A model generated the notes under the pieces. The model did no database searches. It saw only the letters and a list, made by a program, of their open reading frames with translations, and had not been told where the DNA came from. A program made the position numbers and the translations under genes. 29,340 nt of DNA from Candidatus Hodarchaeota archaeon (lineage in GTDB: Archaea; Asgardarchaeota; Heimdallarchaeia; Hodarchaeales; Hodarchaeaceae). The stretch covers positions 1-29,340 of the forward strand of contig JAEOTQ010000062.1 in NCBI GenBank assembly GCA_016839785.1, given 5' to 3'. Below are positions 15,738 through 26,139 of the stretch, piece after piece. The number at the start of each line of letters is the position of its first letter. Position 1 is the stretch's first letter.

Positions 15738-17312
15738 TCATGTTCGGGTAAAGCTTGTCGCAGCGTTAACTGCAAAATCAAAAATGGCTTCAGGAATCAC
15801 ACCGATAAGAATTATTAATATGACACCAATACCGATTGCCATTGCATAGGACATTGGTATTCTATAAGTCTTCAAAGATTCAACAGAAACTGTATGAGAT
15901 TCAAGCAGTTCTTCTGCTGGTGGATCGAGAATCATTAATTTGATAACACGAATATAGTAGTACACTGAAATTGCGCTGTTTAAAACCCCAATTATTGCTA
16001 ACCAGATTAAGTCAGCATATATAGCTGAAAAGAATATGAATAATTTAGAGATAAATCCTGCAAGAGGAGGAACACCCAGTAAACTGAGGAGTGCTATTGT
16101 CATCGCAAAAACTATCCACGGATGACGTTTTCTGAGACCAGCATAGTCATTTATTTCTTCGCTACCTACAGAAAAGGAGACTACTATGACGACTGTAAAT
16201 GCAACTATCTTCATTACGGCATGAGTCAGAATGTGGAACTCTGCTGCAGCTATTGAAAAACTACCAACGGAAATATCAATAAGTCCAGAAATTGAAGCTA
16301 CTGGTTCATTCGCTGCTGCAGCTAATGCTATCAGTATATAACCAGCATGTGCTATACTTGAATAGGCAAGCATTCTTTTGATATTAGTCTGAACCAATGC
16401 CACTACGTTACCAAGTGTCATAGTCAACACTGCTAATACAGCAAAAATTATACCCCATATTTCTCCTAAATCAGTTAAACCTTCAATCACAATACGCATT
16501 ATTGCTGCAAAACCCATTGCTTTTGAACCAGCAGCAAGATAGGTTGTAATGGCTGTCGGGGTTCCTTGATAGACATCTACTGCCCATGCATGGAATGGTA
16601 CTGCGGCCATTTTATATCCAAAACCAACAAATAGAAACATCAGTGCTAAAACATGTAGGGGAGAGAAATTTGATAATGATAAATCTGTAAATGAGGTGAC
16701 GACTGTTTCCAAGCTTGTTGGGGTGGATGATCCAGTTGAGCTAGTAATTCCATAAATGAGTGAAATTCCAAATAAAATGAAGGCTGAAGACATAGCACCT
16801 ATTAAAAAGAATTTCAACGCACTTTCGCTGGTTTCAGCTCGTGATTTCTGATAAGCAGCAAGAGAATACACAGGGAGCGACGCTAGTTCCCAAGCTACAA
16901 AGATCAATAGTAGATCATTCGCTGCAGCCAACACCATCATACCAATAGTAGCGAGGATGAGAAGTGAATAATATACACCTAAGTTATGATCCGTTTTCAT
17001 ATAATCGCTGCTAGAAATGGCTACAAAAACGAGGACGATTAAAAAGATAATGGCAAAGAACCGATAAAAATCATCGATTACCATAATTCCTGAAGGAAAG
17101 TTGATATCTAGAAAATCATCAGGATTTCCAAACAAATGAACAGTATCGCCATTTACACTTAAAATAACACTATAGAGCGCGAGAAATCCACCTATAATTG
17201 TAATAGGGGGAGTAAATTTTCTTGCGATATTAAATGCTTCAAGTAGAAGACATATGATCATAGTTCCTATTAAAATCAGGAACGGGAGAAGTATAATGGC
17301 TATATTGCTCAT
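15738..17312 (-). CDS. nuoN: Complex I/Fpo antiporter-like subunit N
   Basis: WELASLP, ESALKFF, GYKMAAVPFHAWAVDVYQG, KRMLAYSSIAH, last gene of the operon. Confidence 0.95.
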   Translation of the reverse strand: MSNIAIILLPFLILIGTMIICLLLEAFNIARKFTPPITIIGGFLALYSVILSVNGDTVHLFGNPDDFLDINFPSGIMVIDDFYRFFAIIFLIVLVFVAISSSDYMKTDHNLGVYYSLLILATIGMMVLAAANDLLLIFVAWELASLPVYSLAAYQKSRAETSESALKFFLIGAMSSAFILFGISLIYGITSSTGSSTPTSLETVVTSFTDLSLSNFSPLHVLALMFLFVGFGYKMAAVPFHAWAVDVYQGTPTAITTYLAAGSKAMGFAAIMRIVIEGLTDLGEIWGIIFAVLAVLTMTLGNVVALVQTNIKRMLAYSSIAHAGYILIALAAAANEPVASISGLIDISVGSFSIAAAEFHILTHAVMKIVAFTVVIVVSFSVGSEEINDYAGLRKRHPWIVFAMTIALLSLLGVPPLAGFISKLFIFFSAIYADLIWLAIIGVLNSAISVYYYIRVIKLMILDPPAEELLESHTVSVESLKTYRIPMSYAMAIGIGVILIILIGVIPEAIFDFAVNAATSFTRT

Positions 17313-17327
17313 TGTTTTGTTTCACCT

Positions 17328-18884
17328 TTAGAATTGAGATGCGAAAAATGCCGTTGCTTCAGTCATCAATTTTAGTAGCCAATCAGGGAATAATCCCAAC
17401 ACGAGAGTGAAGAGACTTAATAGTCCAAGAACTGCGTACTGGGACCAGTGGGAGACATCATGTGCATGCGCTAGTTCTGGATTTTTATCGCCGAATACAG
17501 TTCTTTGCAGCATCCAAAGATAATATGCTGCTGTGAAAACGATTCCGAATATTCCTATAAATGCCAGAATCTGTGCCCATTTGAATAGAGCGACAAATAC
17601 TAATAGTTCTGACCAAAATCCAGCCAAACCTGGCAAACCCGCACTTGCGAAAGAGGCAAATACTAGTACAGCGGCAGTTATCGGCATATTTTTAGCAAAT
17701 CCACGTAATTTTGGGATATCTCTTGTATGAGCAGAATGCCCGATTGTACCAGCCAAGAAAAACAATAATGGTGAGATAATTCCGTGTGCTATCTGCATAT
17801 ATTGGGCACCAGCGAATCCTTCCTGTGTTTGAGTAGCAACTCCAAGAAGGACAATTCCCATATGTCCAACACTGCTATATGCTACAAGTGATTTCATATC
17901 TACCTGTCTTAACGCAACCCAAGCTCCGTAAAGCAAAGAAACAATTCCTATTATGGCAACTAGCCATGCAAATTCTGTTAATGCATCAGGCAGGAACCAA
18001 CCACTCATTCTCATTAAACCATAGCCTCCCATTTTTAACAGTAGCCCAGCCAGTATCATAGAACCAGGGGTCGGTGCTTCTACATGCGCTAAAGGAAGCC
18101 ATGTATGGAAAGGCACACTAGGAACCTTGACTATAAATCCGAACAATAATGCCAAGAATATTAACAGGACAAAGGCTCCATTACCAAATTGTTGAGAGAT
18201 ACCTGTAAGCTCTGAAAACGAAAACGTTCCCATTCCAGAGTCAGTATATTTTGCTGATTCTAGCCAAATTCCAATGATCCCTAATAACATGACCATAGAC
18301 GCTACATGTGTATAAATAAAGAAGTATATTGCGGCATATTCCCGTCGTGGTCCACCCCATATTCCTATGAGGAAGAACATCGGCACTAGCACTAATTCCC
18401 ATGCAACATAAAAGATAACAAAATCTGTAGCAAGAAAGGTCCCCATAACACCTGTTTCTAGAAGTAGAATCATTGCATAATAGGCAGGCTCCCTTTCATG
18501 GATATCCTTAAATGACGCAAGGATTGCGATAAAAAATACAAATCCACTAAGAAGTACTAAAGGTAAACTTAGTCCGTCTATACCAAGAGAATAACTCATA
18601 CCTAAAGATTTGATCCACTGAATATTCTCTACGAGAACCCATTCACCGCTAGCTGCATGGCCTACATGCAAACTTGAGGGCAAAAGTGGATTATTATCAT
18701 ACATCATCCAGACCAATATAGCAATAGCAAACGTGATTAAGCTAACTAGCAAAGCTAAATAACGCGCAAGTCCTTCACGTACACGGCCAATAAACCATGT
18801 AGGCAGAGCTGCTAAGATTGGTAGAAGAAAAATAAGAGTTAACACTCCGAATCCGTTTTCACCAAATAATATTTGTGTTATCAT
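17328..18884 (-). CDS. nuoM: Complex I/Fpo subunit M
   Basis: IDGLS, FYVAWE, VKVPSVPFHTWLPLAHVEAP, LLKMGGYG, PGLAGFWSE. ATG 18884 is preferred over TTG 18893. Confidence 0.95.
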   Translation of the reverse strand: MITQILFGENGFGVLTLIFLLPILAALPTWFIGRVREGLARYLALLVSLITFAIAILVWMMYDNNPLLPSSLHVGHAASGEWVLVENIQWIKSLGMSYSLGIDGLSLPLVLLSGFVFFIAILASFKDIHEREPAYYAMILLLETGVMGTFLATDFVIFYVAWELVLVPMFFLIGIWGGPRREYAAIYFFIYTHVASMVMLLGIIGIWLESAKYTDSGMGTFSFSELTGISQQFGNGAFVLLIFLALLFGFIVKVPSVPFHTWLPLAHVEAPTPGSMILAGLLLKMGGYGLMRMSGWFLPDALTEFAWLVAIIGIVSLLYGAWVALRQVDMKSLVAYSSVGHMGIVLLGVATQTQEGFAGAQYMQIAHGIISPLLFFLAGTIGHSAHTRDIPKLRGFAKNMPITAAVLVFASFASAGLPGLAGFWSELLVFVALFKWAQILAFIGIFGIVFTAAYYLWMLQRTVFGDKNPELAHAHDVSHWSQYAVLGLLSLFTLVLGLFPDWLLKLMTEATAFFASQF

Positions 18885-18903
18885 TGTCTTCAACCTTCAA
18901 TTT

Positions 18904-21174
18904 TTAGAGGGGTAACACCCCTGCTATAAATAAACCGATGATAATAATTGTAATCGCACCCATTAAGGAGTAAAGTGCATAATTTTCAACTACTCCTGTC
19001 TGAACACGTCTAATGTACCCTCCAGTTTTCATAACTCCTTTAGCTGAACCCCTTATTATTCCGTGGTCAATGACTCTCTCATCTGTCGCCTTAGCTAATC
19101 CACACAATGCAACAGATGCACGACCCGTTAAGCGTACCAAACCATCGACAACAGTGTCATCCCACCATCTAGAAAATCCACACAGTTCGTACCCAATTCT
19201 CCCAGTGAATCTTACGGCGTTATCGAAAATATTTTTCTCGAGCCAATTCATCAATTCACAATAATAGGCATAGATGACATGAACCAAACCAAGGTAAAGA
19301 TCATCAATATAGTAGCCCTTTTCAAGTAATCTTTGGATACCTCTTCCAATAAATGTTAATTTAATACTTCTAATAACTGATCGGGAGGTTTCTTGAATTC
19401 CTACTATTGAATCTTTCTCACTTACCTCAAATTTGAATGTACCATCAGCTGAAAAGGTAACTGTTGCATTCTTACGCGGGTAATATACTATGTAGGCGAG
19501 TCCAATACCACACAATGCAATGATTAAGGAAGAAAGTTGGGTTAACACTGTAAGACCTTTATCAATATCTGGAGCTGGCTTTAATGGTTCCAGCCATTCA
19601 AACATATGGTGTTCAATATTTAACAATGGGATCAGTTCTATGTTCAAGACAGGAATATTCCCCAAAAAGTAGATCCCGGCTAAGACCAAAGATACTATGG
19701 CTAATGTCCATAATGGTCTAGTCATCCAACTATCTGACTCATGTGCATGATGTTCTGGTTTTCTAGACTGACCCGGAAAGACTAAGAACCATAATCTAAA
19801 TATGTAGAACGCTGTAAGAAATGCTGTTATTACTGCAGATAGCCAAACTAGCATAACTAGTGGTTCATGCAATGCATGATCCAGCGTATGTAAAATTATT
19901 GCATCTTTGCTGAAAAAACCATTTCCTATACCTGCAAGAGAAAGGGATCCTATCAACATCACAATCGAAGTCTGAGGCATTTTTTCTCTCAATCCACCCA
20001 TCTCTCGAATATCTTGAGTTCCTGCTCCATGAATTACTGAGCCTGCTGATAAAAATAGCAAAGCTTTGAACACACCATGGTTTATTACATGGAATATGGC
20101 CACAGCCATGCCTCCAACTCCTAAACCAATGGTCATATATCCTAATTGACTGATAGTGGAAAATGCTAACACTCCCTTGATATCTGTTTGTACAAGTGCA
20201 ATCGTTCCTGACATTATTGCTGTTATTCCTCCAATGAGAGCAACGATTAGCATAGCATCCGAATCTGCAAACTCAAATACAAAATAACTTCTCGCGATCA
20301 AGAAGATTCCTGCTTTCACCATTGTAGCGCTATGAATTAGACAGCTAACTGTAGTAGGGCCAGCCATAGCATCTGGTAACCAAACATGGAGTGGAAATTG
20401 AGCAGATTTTCCAACAGCACCTCCAAATATTAAAAGGGCAATAAAAACAAACCACATCGGATCAAAGTGAATAGCCTGTGCTTCTAGCAAATCCCTAACT
20501 TCAATGAAATCAAAGGTGGGCTGACCGAAGTTCAGTGTTTCAAGATAAAGAAGAATTATCCCTGCAAATAGAAAAATATCTCCAACCTTGGTTGTCAAGA
20601 AAGCCTTTTTAGCTGCCGATGCTGGATGAGGTTGTCCTTCTGGTACAACTTCTTTGTCATAGAAATAACCAATTAGTAAGTAACTGCAAACACCCATAAG
20701 CTCCCACCCAACGAAGAGTTGAATAAAATTAGGGGACAAACAAAGGGTTAACATTGCTGCAGCGAACAGGTTTATTTCAGCATAGTAACGAGGAGACCCT
20801 TCGTGAGACATATAACTTCTGCTATACACAACAACTAGAAAAGCTATAAGAGCAACCATTAAACTTACAACAGCGGCAAGAGGGTCGAGAAGGACTCCGA
20901 TCTCAATTTTAACATCCCCTACATGAAACCATGTTGCAGCAATTTTTTGCTCTATATGAGCATGATCAAGTAGAAGACGAAGAATAATTTCTCCTGAGAC
21001 AAGTAAAGTTAAGATGAAACTTGCACCAGTAGCAATTAATGCAATTAAATTACCATAGGCTTTTTTATCAACATATTTTCCAGCGAACAAAACAATAAAG
21101 GATGCTACGATTGGAATTATTGGAATAAAAACAGCAAAATCACTAAAAATTAAGTGTACTACTTCTTCAACCAT
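18904..21174 (-). CDS. nuoL: Complex I/Fpo subunit L
   Basis: GWELMGVCSYLLIG, GKSAQFPLHVWLPDAMAGPT, HGVFKALLF, QTG..ENY terminal helix. Confidence 0.96.
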   Translation of the reverse strand: MVEEVVHLIFSDFAVFIPIIPIVASFIVLFAGKYVDKKAYGNLIALIATGASFILTLLVSGEIILRLLLDHAHIEQKIAATWFHVGDVKIEIGVLLDPLAAVVSLMVALIAFLVVVYSRSYMSHEGSPRYYAEINLFAAAMLTLCLSPNFIQLFVGWELMGVCSYLLIGYFYDKEVVPEGQPHPASAAKKAFLTTKVGDIFLFAGIILLYLETLNFGQPTFDFIEVRDLLEAQAIHFDPMWFVFIALLIFGGAVGKSAQFPLHVWLPDAMAGPTTVSCLIHSATMVKAGIFLIARSYFVFEFADSDAMLIVALIGGITAIMSGTIALVQTDIKGVLAFSTISQLGYMTIGLGVGGMAVAIFHVINHGVFKALLFLSAGSVIHGAGTQDIREMGGLREKMPQTSIVMLIGSLSLAGIGNGFFSKDAIILHTLDHALHEPLVMLVWLSAVITAFLTAFYIFRLWFLVFPGQSRKPEHHAHESDSWMTRPLWTLAIVSLVLAGIYFLGNIPVLNIELIPLLNIEHHMFEWLEPLKPAPDIDKGLTVLTQLSSLIIALCGIGLAYIVYYPRKNATVTFSADGTFKFEVSEKDSIVGIQETSRSVIRSIKLTFIGRGIQRLLEKGYYIDDLYLGLVHVIYAYYCELMNWLEKNIFDNAVRFTGRIGYELCGFSRWWDDTVVDGLVRLTGRASVALCGLAKATDERVIDHGIIRGSAKGVMKTGGYIRRVQTGVVENYALYSLMGAITIIIIGLFIAGVLPL

Positions 21175-21185
21175 GATTTGTCACC

Positions 21186-21497
21186 TTAACCTTTCAACGC
21201 TTGAAAATCTGTTGCCTCCACTGTTCCATGATTTCGATACACAGATAAAATGATCCCTAATCCCACTGCAGCTTCAGCAGCAGCGAGTGCAATGCTAATA
21301 ATCACAGCAATTTGCCCTGTCACAAACCCTATATCATTGTACAGAGCAAAAATAGCAAAATTGATATTAGCTGAATTTAACATTATTTCTACTGCGATTA
21401 ACATACGTATTGCAGATTTGGACTTAATAAAACCCGCAAATCCAATTAAGAATAACAATAATGCTATTCCCACAAAAATTGAGGCATCTGCGATCAT
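21186..21497 (-). CDS. nuoK: Complex I/Fpo subunit K
   Basis: AVEIMLN and AAAEAAVG with the two conserved Glu residues; three TM helices. Confidence 0.95.
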   Translation of the reverse strand: MIADASIFVGIALLLFLIGFAGFIKSKSAIRMLIAVEIMLNSANINFAIFALYNDIGFVTGQIAVIISIALAAAEAAVGLGIILSVYRNHGTVEATDFQALKG

Positions 21498-22084
21498 ACA
21501 TCCTCAACCTCCTTCTTCACAAGATAGACGCTCCCAAGCATCGCCCCTAAGACTAAAAGGCCTAATGTAAGGATTGTTCCTCCATGTAAAGTGAACATTT
21601 GTTCTGCTAATTGTCCAATTAGCACGGCGTCGATCGCTTTATCGGGGAACTCTGGGTCAATTCCTCTACTAGCTAAATCTTGAAGTGTCCAAAAAATACT
21701 ACTTACCTGAGACAGAATATAAGCTCCAACCATAAATAACAAAAATGCACCAGCAAAGCTTAAACGCCAGTCCATTAATTTTCCTGATCCTAGTGATTCG
21801 AACATAGCTTCCTTCCCCGAAAGTGAGATGGCGAAGAGCATTAGGATCGTTATTCCGCCTGCGTATACGATTATTTGAATTACTAATAATAATGCAGAGC
21901 CTGCATAAAGTAAAAAAATCATTGCAACACCTAGGAGACAAAATATTAGCCATAAAACCGCGTGATATACACTTTTAACGGATACAGCAAGGTAAGCAGA
22001 CCCTGTTGTATATATTACCAGTATAAATAATACAAAGTATTCTAATAGTTCAAACAATTCAGGTGGGATTAAATAAGCCATCAT
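21494..22084 (-). CDS. nuoJ: Complex I/Fpo subunit J
   Basis: QIIVYAGGI motif, five TM helices, ATGA overlap with nuoK. Confidence 0.92.
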   Translation of the reverse strand: MMAYLIPPELFELLEYFVLFILVIYTTGSAYLAVSVKSVYHAVLWLIFCLLGVAMIFLLYAGSALLLVIQIIVYAGGITILMLFAISLSGKEAMFESLGSGKLMDWRLSFAGAFLLFMVGAYILSQVSSIFWTLQDLASRGIDPEFPDKAIDAVLIGQLAEQMFTLHGGTILTLGLLVLGAMLGSVYLVKKEVEDV

Positions 22085-22740
22085 CAGTTCTCCTTATCAG
22101 CTTCCGTGGTATTTTTGCTATTATCCTGATATTCTTTATCACCATACTTCTCTACATATTCTTTCCAGTGATTTGCATACTCTTTGGGATAATAAAGCTT
22201 GTAAATTCCATACAAATCGTGATAATCGTGGTATAAATCTTCTTTATTGGATGTCGCAGCGTCAAAACCAGGTGTATGATATAATGCATCATATTTGCAT
22301 GCTTCAACACAGAAACCACAATAGAGACATCTTCCAATAAAAATTTGTGGGTGTAAAAGGGGTCTAGGTTTCTTTCCTTCCCGAGTTTTTTGTTTTTCAA
22401 CCCAATGTGCAGGGGTTGGGGTAACTTCAACCATTTCTATACATTTGTTGGGGCAGGCTCTTTCACATGCTTTACAGGCGGTGCAGTTAGGAGCATTCAG
22501 GCCAATTAAACCCCGATAATTTGGTGAGATATGGGGTGTTGCTTTAAACACGTCAGAGAATGTTAATTCCCGGTCAAGAATGGTTTCACCTTTTTCTGCC
22601 AACACTTCGGGAAAATAAATTGTATCTTTATTGCGACGGTCACCATCATATATTGCAATCGGTTTTTTAAAGAGCAAGCGTCCGACATATGCCAATGGTC
22701 GCGTTATTAGAATATTTGGGATTAATTTAAAATTTACCAT
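22084..22740 (-). CDS. nuoI: Complex I/Fpo subunit I (2x[4Fe-4S])
   Basis: YRG, CTACKACERACP and RCLYCGFCVEAC. Confidence 0.94.
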   Translation of the reverse strand: MVNFKLIPNILITRPLAYVGRLLFKKPIAIYDGDRRNKDTIYFPEVLAEKGETILDRELTFSDVFKATPHISPNYRGLIGLNAPNCTACKACERACPNKCIEMVEVTPTPAHWVEKQKTREGKKPRPLLHPQIFIGRCLYCGFCVEACKYDALYHTPGFDAATSNKEDLYHDYHDLYGIYKLYYPKEYANHWKEYVEKYGDKEYQDNSKNTTEADKEN

Positions 22741-22741
22741 T

Positions 22742-23884
22742 TTAGCTAACCACTCCGAATAATCCTGGATTCATCAAAAATAAAATGATAACGAGAACTA
22801 TATTCACAAAAGCAAGAGGTATTAGTCGTTTCCACCCAATATCTAATAATTGATCTATTCTAATTCTTGGTAATGCGGCTCTAACCCAGATAAATAAGAA
22901 TATAAATACCCAAATCTTTACAACGAGGATTGCAGTTGATAAAAGGGGAATACTTTCGATTGTACTTGCTGGAATAAAGGGTAGATAAGCGCCACCCCAG
23001 AATAAAGAAACACCAATAAAGGCTCCAATTAGAAGAATGAAATATTCCGTAGCCATTGACATCATGTAACGAAATCCTGTTAATTCAGTCCTCCAACCCA
23101 TGACTAGTTCTGCTTCTGCTTCAGGAATATCAAAAGGAACTCTTTCGGTTTCTGCTGCTAATGAAACCATGAATACAATAAAACCAATAGGCATGAAAAT
23201 CATAAATGGAAGTCCTGCAGGAGTGTTTGTCTGCTGGGAGGCAATTTGTACTAAAGAAAATGAATTGGTTACGATCACTACTGCACCTACAGACAGGATG
23301 AGGGGAATTTCATAACTAATCATTTGAGCAGCTGATCTAAATCCTCCTAGTACTGAATACTTGTTATTTGAGGACCATCCAGTTATTAGTACCCCCACAG
23401 GATAAAGGGAAAACAACGCGAATATTAATAGAAACCCAACTGCAGGATCAGCTATAACTTCGGTTGCCCCAAGAGGTAATAATGCTCCAAGCATAAATGG
23501 TGGAGCAACCACAAAGGCAAAGAAACCAATGTTAAACGGAAATTTATCAGCTTTTTCTGGCACAATATCTTCTTTAGAGAAGAACTTAAGAAATTCTGCG
23601 ATATTCTGTAGAAGTCCGAACTTCCATGTTCTCCCGAAGAAATGTCCATAATTGAAATCTATGAATACGGGGCCTCGTCGATTCATCATACGCCCAACAA
23701 GTTTTCTTTCAAACCAAATCAATAAGATAGTATTAACAATTAAGAACACTAGAATGGAAGTCATTTCTAAGCTGTCAATAAGAGTTAAACGTAAAGAGTC
23801 TTGAAATTCAACCTGACCTGGCAAAATATCACTAACAAACCCAAGTAGCCAATCAACGAATCCATCATAAATACCAAAAGCCAT
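22742..23884 (-). CDS. nuoH: Complex I/Fpo subunit H
   Basis: ERK..GR...RGP, SNNKYSVLGGFRSAAQMISYE, RVPFDIPEAEAELV, PRIRIDQL. Confidence 0.96.
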   Translation of the reverse strand: MAFGIYDGFVDWLLGFVSDILPGQVEFQDSLRLTLIDSLEMTSILVFLIVNTILLIWFERKLVGRMMNRRGPVFIDFNYGHFFGRTWKFGLLQNIAEFLKFFSKEDIVPEKADKFPFNIGFFAFVVAPPFMLGALLPLGATEVIADPAVGFLLIFALFSLYPVGVLITGWSSNNKYSVLGGFRSAAQMISYEIPLILSVGAVVIVTNSFSLVQIASQQTNTPAGLPFMIFMPIGFIVFMVSLAAETERVPFDIPEAEAELVMGWRTELTGFRYMMSMATEYFILLIGAFIGVSLFWGGAYLPFIPASTIESIPLLSTAILVVKIWVFIFLFIWVRAALPRIRIDQLLDIGWKRLIPLAFVNIVLVIILFLMNPGLFGVVS

Positions 23885-23894
23885 AATCTTTCAC

Positions 23895-24983
23895 CTATCT
23901 ATCAATTTCTCCCATGCATAGATCTGCGCTAGCAACAATTGGTGGAATATCAGCAACTTTACCACCAGTAATTAGATGTGAAGTTAAACACAGATTGGAA
24001 TAGGCTGGGGATTTTATCTTCACACGGTAAGGGATTTGATCCTCATTCCCAATAATATAATATCCAGCTTCTCCACGAGGATCTTCTGTTCTAAAATAAA
24101 CCTCTCCTTTAGGAAGTCTTCTGGGTGCTTTTTGATTTATTTCACCTTCTGCAGGAAGATTATCAAGAGCTTGACGTATAATATGAGTGGATTGTCTTAT
24201 TTCAGCCATCCTAACTTGGAATCGAGCTAAACAGTCCCCACCTGTTCGGACTGGTACCTCAAATTCCAGATCTGGGTAGACTAAATACGGTTCAACTTTT
24301 CTAATATCCCCTTGAGTACCAGAAGCTCTTAATACTGGACCTGTTGCTCCGAGGTTTAGTGCATTCTCTTTTGAGAGAACACCAACATTTTTGCTTCGGA
24401 GCATGAATACCTTCGAATCTTCCAACATAGCATTGTATTCTGCAACACGATCATCGAGATAGTACGTCAGCATTCTGGCATCGTCAATAAACCCGTTTGG
24501 AAATTCATGCTTCAAACCACCAACTCTGAAGTAATTATACATCATTCGAGATCCTGTCACATGCTCTAATAAATCAAGAACATATTCTCTCTCTCGATAA
24601 GGTATGACAAGCATTGTCAATACTCCCAAATCCCCTGCATATGCAGATAGCCATGTAAAATGAGACGCAATTCTCTGAAATTCGAGCATTATAACTCTCA
24701 TATATTGGGCTCGCTTACTGATCTCCATCCCTAATAGTTTTTCAATTGCCATGATATAGGTCCCTTCCCATGACATCGCTGACACATAACATAACCTGTC
24801 TGCAAGTGGTTGAAAAGTGTCATAAGGACGTGATTCAGCCATCTTCTCAATCATGCGAAAAATATAACCAATAAGAATTTCAGACCCAACAACTTGTTCT
24901 CCTTCAGTTTTTACTTTTAAGGTCCATAAACCGTGATTAACTGGATGCTGAGGTCCCATATGAATATACATTTGTTCGCTCAT
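23895..24983 (-). CDS. nuoD: Complex I/Fpo subunit D
   Basis: MGPQHPVNHG, DRLCY, GPVLRASG, C-terminal DLCMGEIDR. Confidence 0.96.
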   Translation of the reverse strand: MSEQMYIHMGPQHPVNHGLWTLKVKTEGEQVVGSEILIGYIFRMIEKMAESRPYDTFQPLADRLCYVSAMSWEGTYIMAIEKLLGMEISKRAQYMRVIMLEFQRIASHFTWLSAYAGDLGVLTMLVIPYREREYVLDLLEHVTGSRMMYNYFRVGGLKHEFPNGFIDDARMLTYYLDDRVAEYNAMLEDSKVFMLRSKNVGVLSKENALNLGATGPVLRASGTQGDIRKVEPYLVYPDLEFEVPVRTGGDCLARFQVRMAEIRQSTHIIRQALDNLPAEGEINQKAPRRLPKGEVYFRTEDPRGEAGYYIIGNEDQIPYRVKIKSPAYSNLCLTSHLITGGKVADIPPIVASADLCMGEIDR

Positions 24984-24985
24984 GG

Positions 24986-25504
24986 TTAGACATCCTCCTT
25001 GGGCTGTGGTTTATATGAAAAAGGTTTTTCTGGTAATGTGTAGGCCCTTCTCATTGGATATAATTCAGAAATATGTTTGTGATCAAATTCATCCCAATCA
25101 TCTGGAAGAAGCAATCTTTTCAAATTTGGATGCCCAGACACAATAATTCCGAACATATCAAATAGTTCCCTTTCATGCCAATTTGCAGAAGCCCAAATGG
25201 AGGTAACAGAGGGAATCTTTGGGTCATCCCGATCATCTAGTTTCACCCTGACTTGGATGACTGTTGAATCACCATCCCACCGATCAATGTGATATACTAC
25301 ATCAAAATAAGTATCCCAATCAACTCCTGAAATTGCTTCCAAAGAAGGAAATTCCAAATCCTGAGCTATAAAGGTCATAATATCTAGGAGGTTTTCAGGG
25401 CTGGTTCTAATTTCAAGGCGGGAATCAGCAATTATTTGTGCATCATGGATCTTTCCTGCAAGTTTGGACTTAATCTGCATTAAATGATCATCAATCCCAG
25501 TCAT
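24986..25504 (-). CDS. nuoC: Complex I/Fpo subunit C
   Basis: [29 protein letters not shown]. Confidence 0.95.
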   Translation of the reverse strand: MTGIDDHLMQIKSKLAGKIHDAQIIADSRLEIRTSPENLLDIMTFIAQDLEFPSLEAISGVDWDTYFDVVYHIDRWDGDSTVIQVRVKLDDRDDPKIPSVTSIWASANWHERELFDMFGIIVSGHPNLKRLLLPDDWDEFDHKHISELYPMRRAYTLPEKPFSYKPQPKEDV

Positions 25505-26136
25505 TATTCTTCTTCCTCCAATAATTTGTCCTTCAAAACAATCCGATAATCCACAAAGGGAGGACTTCTCTCATAAAACTCTCGAGGCAGTTCACGAAGG
25601 GGTTCTGGAACGTAAACACCATCTGCTTTAATTTTTTCTTGAAGACGATGAAGTCCCGCCCACATGGCTTCCGGTCTTGGAGGACAGCCCGGTACATAAA
25701 TATCAACTGGAATTACTTGGTCAGTTCCTTCCAAAATTGTTGGAGCTTGCCAAAATGGACCTCCACTAATAGCACATTCTCCTGTGGCAAAGACCCACTT
25801 CGGAGCAGGCATTTGATCATAAACGTCTCTAAGCCGTGGTGCTCCTTTGAGAGTCATTGGTCCGTTGATCCACAAAACATCACAATGCCGAGGACTTGCA
25901 CGAGCTAGTATTCCTATTCGTTCTGTGTCATACCGAGAAGCCATTGTCGCAGCCATTTCGATGGCACAACATTTCATACCCAAAAACACTGGATACAAAC
26001 TGGCTCTTTGACTCCAATTTCTTAACCAATTCAGTATTACTGTCACAAAGTTTCTACTTTTCGTTAATACCACATTGGGCATTGGTTCATAGATTTCAAG
26101 CTCTCCAAGAGCTTTTAATTCCTTATATTCAGCCAT
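25504..26136 (-). CDS. nuoB: Complex I/Fpo subunit B (cluster N2)
   Basis: CCAIEM tandem Cys, [26 protein letters not shown]. Confidence 0.96.
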   Translation of the reverse strand: MAEYKELKALGELEIYEPMPNVVLTKSRNFVTVILNWLRNWSQRASLYPVFLGMKCCAIEMAATMASRYDTERIGILARASPRHCDVLWINGPMTLKGAPRLRDVYDQMPAPKWVFATGECAISGGPFWQAPTILEGTDQVIPVDIYVPGCPPRPEAMWAGLHRLQEKIKADGVYVPEPLRELPREFYERSPPFVDYRIVLKDKLLEEEE

Positions 26137-26139
26137 GCT

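Noticed and set aside
23895-26136. Group 4 membrane-bound [NiFe] hydrogenase
   Set aside because: Only two of the four Ni-ligating Cys are present, the quinone-site residues and the NuoB CC motif are present, and there are no maturation genes in the window.
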